Shown here piece after piece: positions 25,133-33,058 of a stretch of 64,000 bases of DNA (positions are counted from its first letter, which is position 1; every line of letters begins with the position of its first letter). The translations under genes and the position numbers were made by a program. The notes under the pieces were generated by a model that made no database searches, was not told the origin of the DNA, and worked only from the letters and a program-made list of their open reading frames with translations. Origin of the DNA: a virus; the IMG/VR virus record IMGVR_UViG_3300016665_000872, positions 1 to 64,000 of that record; one strand, 5' to 3'.

Positions 25133-26257
25133 CTAGAGCCGCTCCAGGAATCGCTTGTGCATAGCGGCCATGTGCTGCTTGTTCACCCAGCGCTGATAGG
25201 TCTCGTTGTGCTCCTTGACGCTGTGGCCCATCAGCTTGGCGCCCACTTCGGCCGGCCAGCCATTGACCAGGAGCCGGATGGCATAGGCATGCCGCAGGGC
25301 ATAGAGCGGAAAGGGCAGCAGCGGGGGGTTGTATCCGCCGCGGCCATCTCGCCGAGGGCCGCGCAGGTAGTCCCGGGCCGCCTTGGCCACCGTGTACTTG
25401 CCGTGTCTTGGCGGGTGAGACTCCTGCAGTCCGTAGGCCTCAACCTTGCAGTCCGGGTAGGCCCAGGACTCCCGCGCCCCGGTCTTGGTCTGGTCTTGGA
25501 CTAACAGGACGTACTTACCGTTGCGCTGCCCGAGCTCGGCCCCGACGATCTCGTGGGGCCTGATCCCAAAGAGCCAGAGCATGCCGTACATCCAGCGCCA
25601 GTGCGGCAGCTCGATCTGGTCGATGTAGGACTCGATCACCTCGTCGGTCGGGATGTCCCGCGGCGTGACGATCCTGCGGGTGTAGCCCTTGCCGGCCTCG
25701 CTGATCCGGTCGCGATCAAAGGGAATCCCCAGGTGGACGACCGCCTGCCGCAGGATCGAAGCCGTGCTGCTGCGCGATGACGGCGACTCAATCTCCCGGA
25801 CAATCCGGCACAGGGCGGCCTCACTGCAGGCGCCCCGCCGCCCCTCGAGGACTCGGATCGCCGGGAGGTAGCGCTTCCCCCAGATGGTGCGGCAGTCTCG
25901 CGGCAGCTCCGGGTATTTCCTGCCGTAGAGCGCTTCCACCCCGGCAATCAGCTCCGGAAACGTCGGCAGGGTGCCCTCCGGCTTGCCCGCGACTTCCTGG
26001 GTCCAGCTCTCCCACTGGAACTCGCCACTGGTCAGCTGGCTATCCAGTCTGCGTGCCAGATCCGCCGCTGGCCGAATGTTTTCTGGCGTGGCCTTGAGCT
26101 GCAGCGAGACCGTGGTCTGCTTCTTGATCGCGGGGTCGTCGCGGCTGGGCATGGTGCCGCGCACGTAAAGACCGCCCCGGCGCTGGACCAGCCGGCAGCG
26201 GTCGAGGCGATCGTTTTCGCGCTGCAGCAGGGAAGTCAGATCCAAGGGCCCGTTCAA
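25133..26257 (-). CDS. int: tyrosine integrase
   Basis: Catalytic-domain residues: ..LYALRHAYAIRLL.. (HxxR) and LMGHSVKEHNETYQRW (H..Y). 374 aa. Confidence 0.85.
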   Translation of the reverse strand: MNGPLDLTSLLQRENDRLDRCRLVQRRGGLYVRGTMPSRDDPAIKKQTTVSLQLKATPENIRPAADLARRLDSQLTSGEFQWESWTQEVAGKPEGTLPTFPELIAGVEALYGRKYPELPRDCRTIWGKRYLPAIRVLEGRRGACSEAALCRIVREIESPSSRSSTASILRQAVVHLGIPFDRDRISEAGKGYTRRIVTPRDIPTDEVIESYIDQIELPHWRWMYGMLWLFGIRPHEIVGAELGQRNGKYVLLVQDQTKTGARESWAYPDCKVEAYGLQESHPPRHGKYTVAKAARDYLRGPRRDGRGGYNPPLLPFPLYALRHAYAIRLLVNGWPAEVGAKLMGHSVKEHNETYQRWVNKQHMAAMHKRFLERL

Positions 26258-26259
26258 GC

Positions 26260-26510
26260 GTGTACTAAAACGTGTCCTAAATCGGCCCGATTTCTGCCGG
26301 CAAATGCCGGCATGGGGAGGAACCCAAGTTCCCGGGCTTCCGCAAAAGCCGCGGCCACTACTGAGATCCCGCGTCAGGACTCGATTGTGGAGAACGCTCA
26401 GTATCGCGCAGTCCCACTACCGCACGGTGTACCTGCATCGCTCAGAGTGACTGCGCTGCAGTCGATCTGATTTTCAGAAGACGCCCTGTGTACTAATTCG
26501 TGGACTAGCG
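26260..26510. promoter_or_regulatory. non-coding region between the recombinase genes, bounded by direct repeats (attP candidate)
   Basis: GTGTACTAAAACGTGTCCTA (26260-) and GTGTACTAATTCGTGGACTA (26488-) flank about 210 nt with no ORF, immediately upstream of int. Confidence 0.3.
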
Positions 26511-26512
26511 GC

Positions 26513-26779
26513 TCAGGGCTCTGGTTCTGCGCTGGATTGCAACAAACCTCCGCATTCGCTCCGGCTCAGCCCCTCCTCCAGTACCGGTCGCAGCCGCGAA
26601 GCGATGGGGTAATGGCGCAGCAGGGCCCGGGCCTCGCGGCGCACCTCACCGGGCACCCGCGGGGTCTCCTTGGACTGGGTGAGCCGCAGCAGGAAATCCC
26701 GCGCCGCCACCACCGAGGAGACCTGCTGCTGGCAGCTGCTGATCTCGACGGGCGCCCGCTGGTGATACCGCAGGATCAT
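26513..26779 (-). CDS. hypothetical protein
   Basis: ORF-track ORF trimmed to ATG 26779 (MILRYHQRAPVEISS...ARALLRHYP..). An ATGA overlap links it to the upstream gene. Confidence 0.5.
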   Translation of the reverse strand: MILRYHQRAPVEISSCQQQVSSVVAARDFLLRLTQSKETPRVPGEVRREARALLRHYPIASRLRPVLEEGLSRSECGGLLQSSAEPEP

Positions 26780-27045
26780 TCCGCCTCCTGCCGCAGGACG
26801 AGCTCGGTGCGTACAACCGCCCCGTCCTTGGGGTGCGGCGGCGCGGACAGGTGCCAATCGTTGGCCAGCCCCTTGAGCGTCCAGGTGCCGATCAGCTCGA
26901 CGTACTCGCGGTACAGCCCGGTGTACGACGCGTGGAAGGCGTGGTCCGGGCTATCCCGCCCATCCAGGACATAGAGCCAGTCGAGAAGGTCCTGGCGGTT
27001 CTGGTCGGCCTGGACTGCCTGGCAGGTCTGACTGTTGAAGGGCAT
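26776..27045 (-). CDS. hypothetical protein
   Basis: ORF-track ORF trimmed to ATG 27045 (MPFNSQTCQAVQADQNRQDLLDWLYVLDGR..). Confidence 0.5.
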   Translation of the reverse strand: MPFNSQTCQAVQADQNRQDLLDWLYVLDGRDSPDHAFHASYTGLYREYVELIGTWTLKGLANDWHLSAPPHPKDGAVVRTELVLRQEAE

Positions 27046-27155
27046 CGACGCCTCGCGTGGGTGCTTCGCCAGGCTAGGCGCGATGCACGCTTTGTCGTGC
27101 AGTTGGCTTGCGCAGTGCACGCTGGAGTAGATAATGGGGCACCCAGCTCGGCCCC

Positions 27156-27998
27156 ATGACGACCCTGATCGGCGCCTGGCGCCAATTCCGCGATGAGCGA
27201 GCTGTCACGCTCTGCCCCACCAGCCTCACCAGCGATTACGTCCAGGTCGAGAAGTGGTTAGGTCGCTGCCCGCTTCAAGACCTGGGCGAGGGGCGCCAAA
27301 TCATGGGCTGGGTTCTGCAGCAGCACCCCCCGAAGACCGCCCGGCGTGTGGCGATGTACCTCAAGAGCCTCTATCGCTGGGCTGCCCATGAGGACATCGG
27401 CCTGATCGAGCGCAGCCCGCTGATCAGCTACCGCATGCCCAAGGCGCCGCAAGGAGAGGGGGAAGTGGTCGTCATTCCCCGTGCCCAGATGCAGCTGGTG
27501 CTGATCGCTTTAGAGCGCCGCACCACGCCCAACTGGGCGCTCTATGCCGAGTGGATGCTGCAAACAGCGATGCGCACCGGTGAGGTGCGGGCCATGCGCT
27601 GGAGCGACATCAAGGACCAGCGCATCCGCATCCACGCCAATTACACCCTCACCCACGGTCTGAAGAGCTCAACCAAGACCAACAAGCCGCGCTGGGTTCC
27701 CCTGAACCAGCGCTGCCTGGAAATCCTGGAGCTCCTGCCGCGGGAGAGCGATTACATCTTTCCCTGGAATCGCATGACGTTTCAGAGCTTTTTCTATGAG
27801 CGCATGAAGCGCGGCTGTGACTCCGGCCTCTTTGAGCGGCGTTACAGGCCCTATGACCTGCGCCACACCGCCATCTCCCGCTGGCTGGAGGCCGGGATCC
27901 CCGTCGCCCAGGCCGCTGCATGGGCTGGCAATACCGCCGAAGTGATCTGGAAGCACTACGCCGGGGTCAGCCAAGAGCACACCATTCCCGTTCTCTGA
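27156..27998 (+). CDS. second tyrosine recombinase (XerC/D-like, short)
   Basis: AMRTGEVRAMRWSDI (Arg I), YDLRHTAISRWL (HxxR) and WAGNTAEVIWKHYAG (catalytic Tyr). 280 aa. Confidence 0.8.
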   Translation: MTTLIGAWRQFRDERAVTLCPTSLTSDYVQVEKWLGRCPLQDLGEGRQIMGWVLQQHPPKTARRVAMYLKSLYRWAAHEDIGLIERSPLISYRMPKAPQGEGEVVVIPRAQMQLVLIALERRTTPNWALYAEWMLQTAMRTGEVRAMRWSDIKDQRIRIHANYTLTHGLKSSTKTNKPRWVPLNQRCLEILELLPRESDYIFPWNRMTFQSFFYERMKRGCDSGLFERRYRPYDLRHTAISRWLEAGIPVAQAAAWAGNTAEVIWKHYAGVSQEHTIPVL

Positions 27999-27999
27999 G

Positions 28000-28188
28000 A
28001 TGCCCGACATCGCCGCCTGCATGGCCAGCGGTTGCAGCCGCTCTGGGCAATGCCGCCGCTACCTCCTGGCCCGTGATGGCCCTTGCCATCCGCGCCAGTC
28101 ATTCATCGCACCGCAGCAAACCGGTGCGGATTGTCACTTCTTTTACCCCGCCTCCAGCAGCCATGAGCCAGCTCAACCTGCCCACTGA
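28000..28188 (+). CDS. small Cys-rich protein (doubtful)
   Basis: MPDIAACMASGCSRSGQCRRYLLARDGPCH.. The ATG lies 1 nt after the recombinase stop. It overlaps the next small ORF. Confidence 0.3.
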   Translation: MPDIAACMASGCSRSGQCRRYLLARDGPCHPRQSFIAPQQTGADCHFFYPASSSHEPAQPAH

Positions 28189-28330
28189 CCAGGAGATCCA
28201 CGAGTTCTATCGCTCCTGGTTCGAAGCCAATTACTGCACTCCGCCAGCCGCCAAGGCCAGCGTTGCTGTCATCCATGCCATCCGTGCGGCATTGGAGCAC
28301 TTCGGTCCCCAGCTCCACCAGCCTGAATGA
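28163..28330 (+). CDS. hypothetical small protein
   Basis: MSQLNLPTDQEIHEFYRSWFEANYCTPPAAK.. (55 aa), an internal ATG of ORF 27920..28330. Confidence 0.4.
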   Translation: MSQLNLPTDQEIHEFYRSWFEANYCTPPAAKASVAVIHAIRAALEHFGPQLHQPE

Positions 28331-28701
28331 GGCGCAGGCACAACATCGCCAACCCCGGCGATCCCCTGTTTGCCTGCCCGTCATGTGGATTCAGTGATTT
28401 CAAGATCTTGGAGAGCCGGGTCGTCGACCTAGGCCGCAGGCGGCGTTATCACTGCCATCACTGCGGTCATCGAGAGACCACCTATGAGATCTCCCAGACC
28501 GACCTTGATCGGCTGAGATTGGCGGATCGGCTGTATCGCTATGCCGCAAAGATCGTCAAGAGCGCTGACCCCGAACCACCGGCAGAGGGTCCAGCCTGTG
28601 ATCAGTGCATTCACTTCAGCAATGAGCGGTGCACGATGGGAATCCCGGAAGCAGGTGATGGCTTTGCGGCTGAATGTTCCATCTTTTCCTCACACCAATA
28701 A
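28327..28701 (+). CDS. zinc-ribbon protein, NrdR-like N-terminus
   Basis: CPSCGFSDFKILESRVVDLGRRRRYHCHHCGHRETTYE parallels the NrdR ribbon (CP.C....v.dSR.....RRRR.C..C..RFTTyE). No ATP-cone is present. A second Cys cluster lies at the C-terminus. Confidence 0.55.
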   Translation: MRRRHNIANPGDPLFACPSCGFSDFKILESRVVDLGRRRRYHCHHCGHRETTYEISQTDLDRLRLADRLYRYAAKIVKSADPEPPAEGPACDQCIHFSNERCTMGIPEAGDGFAAECSIFSSHQ

Positions 28702-28738
28702 CGCCCTAGCCTGATCCGGGGCCCACAACACATCAACC

Positions 28739-29044
28739 ATGCATGATCCCTACGGCGATGGCCCAATTGAGCTCACTGAGCTCGAACTTGCCGTTGCCTG
28801 CGCCATCGACGCCGCCGACCCCGGACCCTGCGTCTCACCAGAGGAGCAGACCAGTCCAGCGGATTGGCTGCCAGAGGTCCAGGCTGCAATCCTGGCCATC
28901 GTCCAGGTCTTAAGGGATGAGGCCACCGGTGGCGGAGCGCGCTATGCCGCCGGCTGGATGGAAGCAGCGGGCTGGCTGGAAGAGCAGATCACCAATGACG
29001 AGCTCTTTGTCAGGCCCGATTACCTGGGCTCCAGTGAAGAGTGA
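28739..29044 (+). CDS. hypothetical acidic protein
   Basis: 101-aa ORF followed by the hairpin CCCTGAGGA-TTCG-TCCTCGGGG. Confidence 0.55.
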   Translation: MHDPYGDGPIELTELELAVACAIDAADPGPCVSPEEQTSPADWLPEVQAAILAIVQVLRDEATGGGARYAAGWMEAAGWLEEQITNDELFVRPDYLGSSEE

Positions 29045-29342
29045 TGCCCTGAGGATTCGTCCTCGGGGAAATGCGCACCCTGAAGCACCTGGCAGGCTCG
29101 CCGATAGATCTCCGTATCTGTCTTGCGCGCAGCCTCCAGGGCTTTTTTCACGCATCGCCAGTTATCAAGCCGCCCAGGTTCCATGGCAGTCGGCTATCTA
29201 AATGGCTGCGCCTATGTTAATCAGCCCGGCAAAAGAGAAAACAACGAAGTGCCAACCCAGAAGGATTGGCCCTCATTCATACCCGCCTGCCGGAAGACGG
29301 TGGACATCGCCGTTACTGGGGCCACGGTCGCGGGCCCACGCG

Positions 29343-29705
29343 TTAGACGAACTCGGTGACCTGGGCCGTGCCGTTCGCTGCGCTCCAGATTCCATAGATG
29401 GCAACTGTCGCCAGCAGGGGCGGATCCAGGGCAAAGGTCCCAGCCGCGGGGATCGCCACAAATGCGTTGGCCGATGTAGCCGGATTACTAAAGCTCAGCC
29501 GCAAGATGGCCGTGCTGTCATTGCAGATCAGGACACCCTTGCGATTGGTGTTGGCGGCCAGGATCAGGACACTGCTGGCACTGCTAGCCACGCTGGTGGT
29601 GGTCGGTGTCCGCGGGATGGAGAGATTGACGGGGAGCGGCTTTGTCACTGCCGCGGTGACCGCGATCTCTTCGTAGGTCCTGCCTCCGACGATGGCTGTC
29701 GGCAT
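29343..29705 (-). CDS. hypothetical virion-module protein
   Basis: 120 aa. Its N-terminus MPTAIVGGRTYEEIAV is shared with the interrupted ORF at 31531..31776. It is beta-rich. Confidence 0.6.
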   Translation of the reverse strand: MPTAIVGGRTYEEIAVTAAVTKPLPVNLSIPRTPTTTSVASSASSVLILAANTNRKGVLICNDSTAILRLSFSNPATSANAFVAIPAAGTFALDPPLLATVAIYGIWSAANGTAQVTEFV

Positions 29706-29740
29706 GGACGCTCATCCTGACTACCTAGTCATTCTAAAAA

Positions 29741-29815
29741 GCACCCAGGCAGGATTCGAACCTGCATCGTCCCGCAGCGGCGGAACCGTCCTATCCGATT
29801 GGCTCGCACTGGGTG
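29741..29815 (-). ncRNA. tRNA-like element lacking a canonical anticodon loop
   Basis: 75 nt with acceptor CACCCAG/CTGGGTG and T-arm GCAGG-TTCGAAT-CCTGC. The centre is a 7-bp stem GTTCCGC/GCGGGAC with a 4-nt loop CGCT, and no D-stem pairing is found. Confidence 0.45.
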
Positions 29816-29843
29816 GCCGCCAATTCAGTCGTAGACATTGCGA

Positions 29844-30089
29844 CTACTGGGTAACCCAAGCCTCATTCACATCCGGCGTGGATGGATCGTCGGGGATGAA
29901 GCGGCCTTGTTCGTCGCGGGCACGCTCGGGTTCACTCCAGATTTGATATTGACCATCGGGATCTGGCACCGCTGTGCAACCATCAGGCGGATGCCATTCG
30001 GTCACGCCATCCCAAAGCGTGATGTTGATGCAGCGGCCTTCGCTATCAACAATGGCGTAAACAATTACATCCATAATCACCATGCCCAC
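29844..30089 (-). CDS. tail-fibre chaperone-like small protein
   Basis: 81 aa directly downstream of a fibre gene. Its C-terminal RARDEQGRFIPDDPSTPDVNEAW is shared with 31870..32424. Confidence 0.55.
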   Translation of the reverse strand: MGMVIMDVIVYAIVDSEGRCINITLWDGVTEWHPPDGCTAVPDPDGQYQIWSEPERARDEQGRFIPDDPSTPDVNEAWVTQ

Positions 30090-31528
30090 ACGCGAACAAC
30101 ACCGGCACCTCCATTGCCGCCAGCGCCGGAGTTGAAGCCATTGAGGCTCGCGCCGCCACCGCCGCCGCCGCCGCCTGGGAATGCGCCGTTGCCGCCGTTG
30201 CCAGCAGCAGTCGTGGTTGATGATGCACCGCCGCCGCCGCCGTCTCCAAAGGTCGGGCCATCACTGCCATTGCCGCCAGAAGTACCAGCAGCGCCGCCGC
30301 CGCCAATGGTGGATGGAGTGCCAGAGCTATTCTTTTGCTCACTGTGTCCCTGGGCACCGATAATGCCATTGGAAACAGTATCGGCTGAGGTAATTCCGCC
30401 GCCAGCTCCGCCGCCAGCAGGGCCTAAAGCGACACGCGATACGTTGGATCCTGCGGATCCGGTTGAACCTGCTGCTCCACCGGATCCGCTGAATAGGCCT
30501 GCAAATGTTGTAGACCATGCAGTAGGGGTCCCAGCAGCTCCTCCTGATGTAAAACCGCCTTGCCCGCCGTTTGCTTGGCTAGCAATAACAAGTGATCCGA
30601 ACGATGAAAAGCCACCGGTTGCACCACTGTTGCCGTTTTGGTCATCAGATATTCTGCTGGCCCCACCTGTCCCACCTGCTCCGACAGTAATAGTCTCTGT
30701 TGCACCAGCCGCAGATGCTGGCATCCACCGCGATACGAATTTTCCGCCAGCTCCGCCACCGCCGCCACCGCGTACGGTGGCCGCAGCTCCACGCCTTCCA
30801 CCACCACCACCACCACCACCCGAAACCACCTCGACATAAAGGAACGTGCAGCCTGTTGGCTTTGTCCAAGTGCCGTTACTGGTGAACTCTTGGTAGTTCG
30901 GGGCAGTGCCACCACCGCCCGTTGGTGTGGCCCATGCAACGTCGTAGTCGGTGGCACTACTCTTGGTCAGCACCTGGCCCGTGGTGCCGCCGGTTGGTAC
31001 GCCAGGGCCCGGAATCCCTTGAGCGCCAGTTGCGCCTGTCGGCCCCTGGGGTCCAGTGATTGCCGTTAGGGCGATCAGATCGGTCCATGTACTAGCGCCG
31101 ACAACGCGCCACTGGATGTGGGTTGCACTGGTCTGCAGCTCAATGTTCTGCCCGTTACTCCCAGCTGGGCCCTGGGGTCCAGTGATCGTGGATAGCGCTA
31201 CAAGATTGGTCCACGCTGGGTCTCCGACATAGCGCCATTCAATATGAGTAGCGCCAACCTGGAGCTCAATCTCTTTTCCATTTGTGCCGTTCGTACCGTT
31301 GATTCCGTTAGCGCCAGCCGGGCCCTTCAGGTCGCCAAGATCGTCCCAGGCGGATCCGTCCCACACGTAGAAGTGGTCATTGTCTTCCGTCTGGTAGACG
31401 TCGCCAGCGGCGGCGCCTCCAGGCAGGGCTGCCGCATTGGCGACAGTGCCCTTCAAATTAAGGGCTGAATATGTAGATCCCGAGGCAATATCAAAATTGC
31501 CAGTAAATGGATTGAACTTATACCCCAT
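30077..31528 (-). CDS. tail fibre with collagen-like triplets and glycine-rich C-terminal domain
   Basis: G-X-Y runs (GPAGANGINGTNGTNG, GPQGPAGSNG, GPQGPTGATGAQGIPGPG). Duplicated IELQ..ATHI.WR.VG..WT.L.AL..ITGPQGP module. YQEFTSNGTWTKPTG..VEVVSGGGGGGGG glycine-rich domain. Confidence 0.8.
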   Translation of the reverse strand: MGYKFNPFTGNFDIASGSTYSALNLKGTVANAAALPGGAAAGDVYQTEDNDHFYVWDGSAWDDLGDLKGPAGANGINGTNGTNGKEIELQVGATHIEWRYVGDPAWTNLVALSTITGPQGPAGSNGQNIELQTSATHIQWRVVGASTWTDLIALTAITGPQGPTGATGAQGIPGPGVPTGGTTGQVLTKSSATDYDVAWATPTGGGGTAPNYQEFTSNGTWTKPTGCTFLYVEVVSGGGGGGGGRRGAAATVRGGGGGGAGGKFVSRWMPASAAGATETITVGAGGTGGASRISDDQNGNSGATGGFSSFGSLVIASQANGGQGGFTSGGAAGTPTAWSTTFAGLFSGSGGAAGSTGSAGSNVSRVALGPAGGGAGGGITSADTVSNGIIGAQGHSEQKNSSGTPSTIGGGGAAGTSGGNGSDGPTFGDGGGGGASSTTTAAGNGGNGAFPGGGGGGGGASLNGFNSGAGGNGGAGVVRVWAW

Positions 31529-31530
31529 GA

Positions 31531-31776
31531 TCAGCTCTTAGTCACGGAGATCAGGTTGTTGCTGCCGTCGTAGGCCAGGGTTAGTGTCGCCACAGTCGAA
31601 CCACCCGAGCCGCCGGTCTTGTAAGTAACTCCGGTGAGATTGGTGCCGGTATAGGTCAGGCCGATTTAATCATGAGCCGGGATGCTCAACCCTTGCAGCG
31701 TGGCTACCGAGCTGCCGGCTTTTGTTTTGACGGCGATTTCCTCGTAGACCCTGCCGCCAATCTGTACTGCAGGCAT
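31531..31776 (-). pseudogene. small ORF interrupted by an in-frame TAA (pseudogene or readthrough candidate)
   Basis: MPAVQIGGRVYEEIAVKTKAGSSVATLQGLSIPAHD-TAA(31668..31666)-IGLTYTGTNLTGVTYKTGGSGGSTVATLTLAYDGSNNLISVTKS. The final TGA overlaps the ATG region of the fibre gene. Confidence 0.4.
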
Positions 31777-31869
31777 AGCAAGCCCTAGCTTGGTCAGCCC
31801 ATTCTAGAAAGCCAGGACATGCATCCTGACCGACAGAAGTTTCCCTGGGTTGCCCAGTAGTGGCCCTGA

Positions 31870-32424
31870 CTACGCGGCCGGCTGCCAGGCTTCGTTGACG
31901 TCGGGAGTGGCCGGATCGTCGGCGACAAAAGTCCCGTCAGCGTTGCGGGCTCGTTGCATGCCTACAGGTGCTGGCTCCCAGGTTGCGTACTCAGGGCTTG
32001 TGATGTACTCCGCCAATGCATCGGTGGTTGCGGTGGCCCGAATGGCGGCAACCTTTTCCCGGGACAGCACGCGGATCTCCTCGCGCCTGGCCTTCACATC
32101 GGCGGGCATGGCGGCGCCACTGTCGGCCTCGCGGATGACGAGCCAATCCGTCGGATTCAGCAATGAATTAGCAGTCGCCCGCGTTTGCTGAGACCACTGC
32201 TCAACCAGCTGTGCATGGTCCTTGGGAATGGGCTGGCCACCTGCGTCCCATCCCCAGTAGAAACGCTGATCGGGCGGCGGCGGCGGGTCGGCTACCTCCT
32301 GGATTCCGATCGCAGCGCGCTCCTCTGGACTGGCCAGTCTCAGCCAGTTGCTGGGATATTGCGTGCCATCAGGCGTCGTGAAAGGAGCATTCAGCGGGAG
32401 GGGGCGCCCATCCAGCAAGAACAT
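31870..32424 (-). CDS. tail-fibre assembly/chaperone-like protein (DUF4376-like)
   Basis: LLNPTDWLVIREADSGAAMPADVKARREEIRVL fits the tail-fibre-assembly repeat pattern. The C-terminus is RARNADGTFVADDPATPDVNEAW. Confidence 0.6.
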   Translation of the reverse strand: MFLLDGRPLPLNAPFTTPDGTQYPSNWLRLASPEERAAIGIQEVADPPPPPDQRFYWGWDAGGQPIPKDHAQLVEQWSQQTRATANSLLNPTDWLVIREADSGAAMPADVKARREEIRVLSREKVAAIRATATTDALAEYITSPEYATWEPAPVGMQRARNADGTFVADDPATPDVNEAWQPAA

Positions 32425-32513
32425 GGCGGCCGTTCAGGCAGGTGCGTCAGGCCATGCTAGCTAGGGCTGCCATTGCGCCAGCCCTAGTGGTGTTCTCTAA
32501 TGTGGTTTTGAAG

Positions 32514-33014
32514 CTATACATGCCTCGCAAACTCACCGTGCAACTGACAACGTAGCTCCATAACGGCCTTGGCGCACTCGTCAATGCAGTCAAAGCCTGG
32601 GGTGTGGTGAATCTTTTTCTTGAACCAAACGCTTCCGATCCATTTCTTTGAGGACTTGCTCCAGCAAACTCCTTTGACACCCGAGGTGTTTCGCCGCGTC
32701 ATCCTTGAGTTGCACATATTCTCGGCTTGCGTGGCTGCACGCAGGTTTTCTATGCGGTTGTCTTGCTTATCGCAGTTGATGTGATCAATGACGGGCACAG
32801 GCTCATTCCCGTGCATGGCCCAGACAATCCTATGGACGAGATATTTGCGATAGTCAATGCCAACAACAAGATAGCCCCTGCCATTGACACAGCCAGCCTT
32901 ATCGCCAGCTTTGGCCAGCGAGCCTCGGCTCTGCCTCCAGTACAAGGCTCCATCTCGATACTCAAAGAGCTTGTGAAGCTCCTCCGTAGGCGGTAGTGGG
33001 GTAATGGCAGGCAT
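32514..33014 (-). CDS. HNH homing endonuclease with AP2 DNA-binding domain
   Basis: GYLVVGIDYRKYLVHRIVWAMHG..IDHINCDKQDNRIENLR (HNH_3) plus SGVKGVCWSKSSKKWIGSVWFKKK (AP2). The local GC content is low. Confidence 0.8.
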   Translation of the reverse strand: MPAITPLPPTEELHKLFEYRDGALYWRQSRGSLAKAGDKAGCVNGRGYLVVGIDYRKYLVHRIVWAMHGNEPVPVIDHINCDKQDNRIENLRAATQAENMCNSRMTRRNTSGVKGVCWSKSSKKWIGSVWFKKKIHHTPGFDCIDECAKAVMELRCQLHGEFARHV

Positions 33015-33058
33015 GTCCCTAAATGATCAGAGGTAGTGACTTAACGGCCGGCTCACTA

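Noticed and set aside
29741-29815. A functional tRNA gene (and likewise at 10428-10498)
   Set aside because: I could not form a 5-bp stem with a 7-nt anticodon loop or a D-arm in either element, so I do not call them tRNA genes or assign anticodons. They are reported as tRNA-like instead.
30100-30400. GGN/GCC-rich tandem DNA repeats in the fibre gene as a non-coding microsatellite
   Set aside because: The periodicity is 3 nt and in frame, encoding poly-Gly and collagen-like segments of a long ORF with recognisable flanking domains.
29838-30839. 333-aa proline-rich + strand ORF
   Set aside because: It is the antisense shadow of the glycine-rich tail-fibre gene 30077..31528, where GGN codons read as NCC (Pro) on the other strand. 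It has no independent support.
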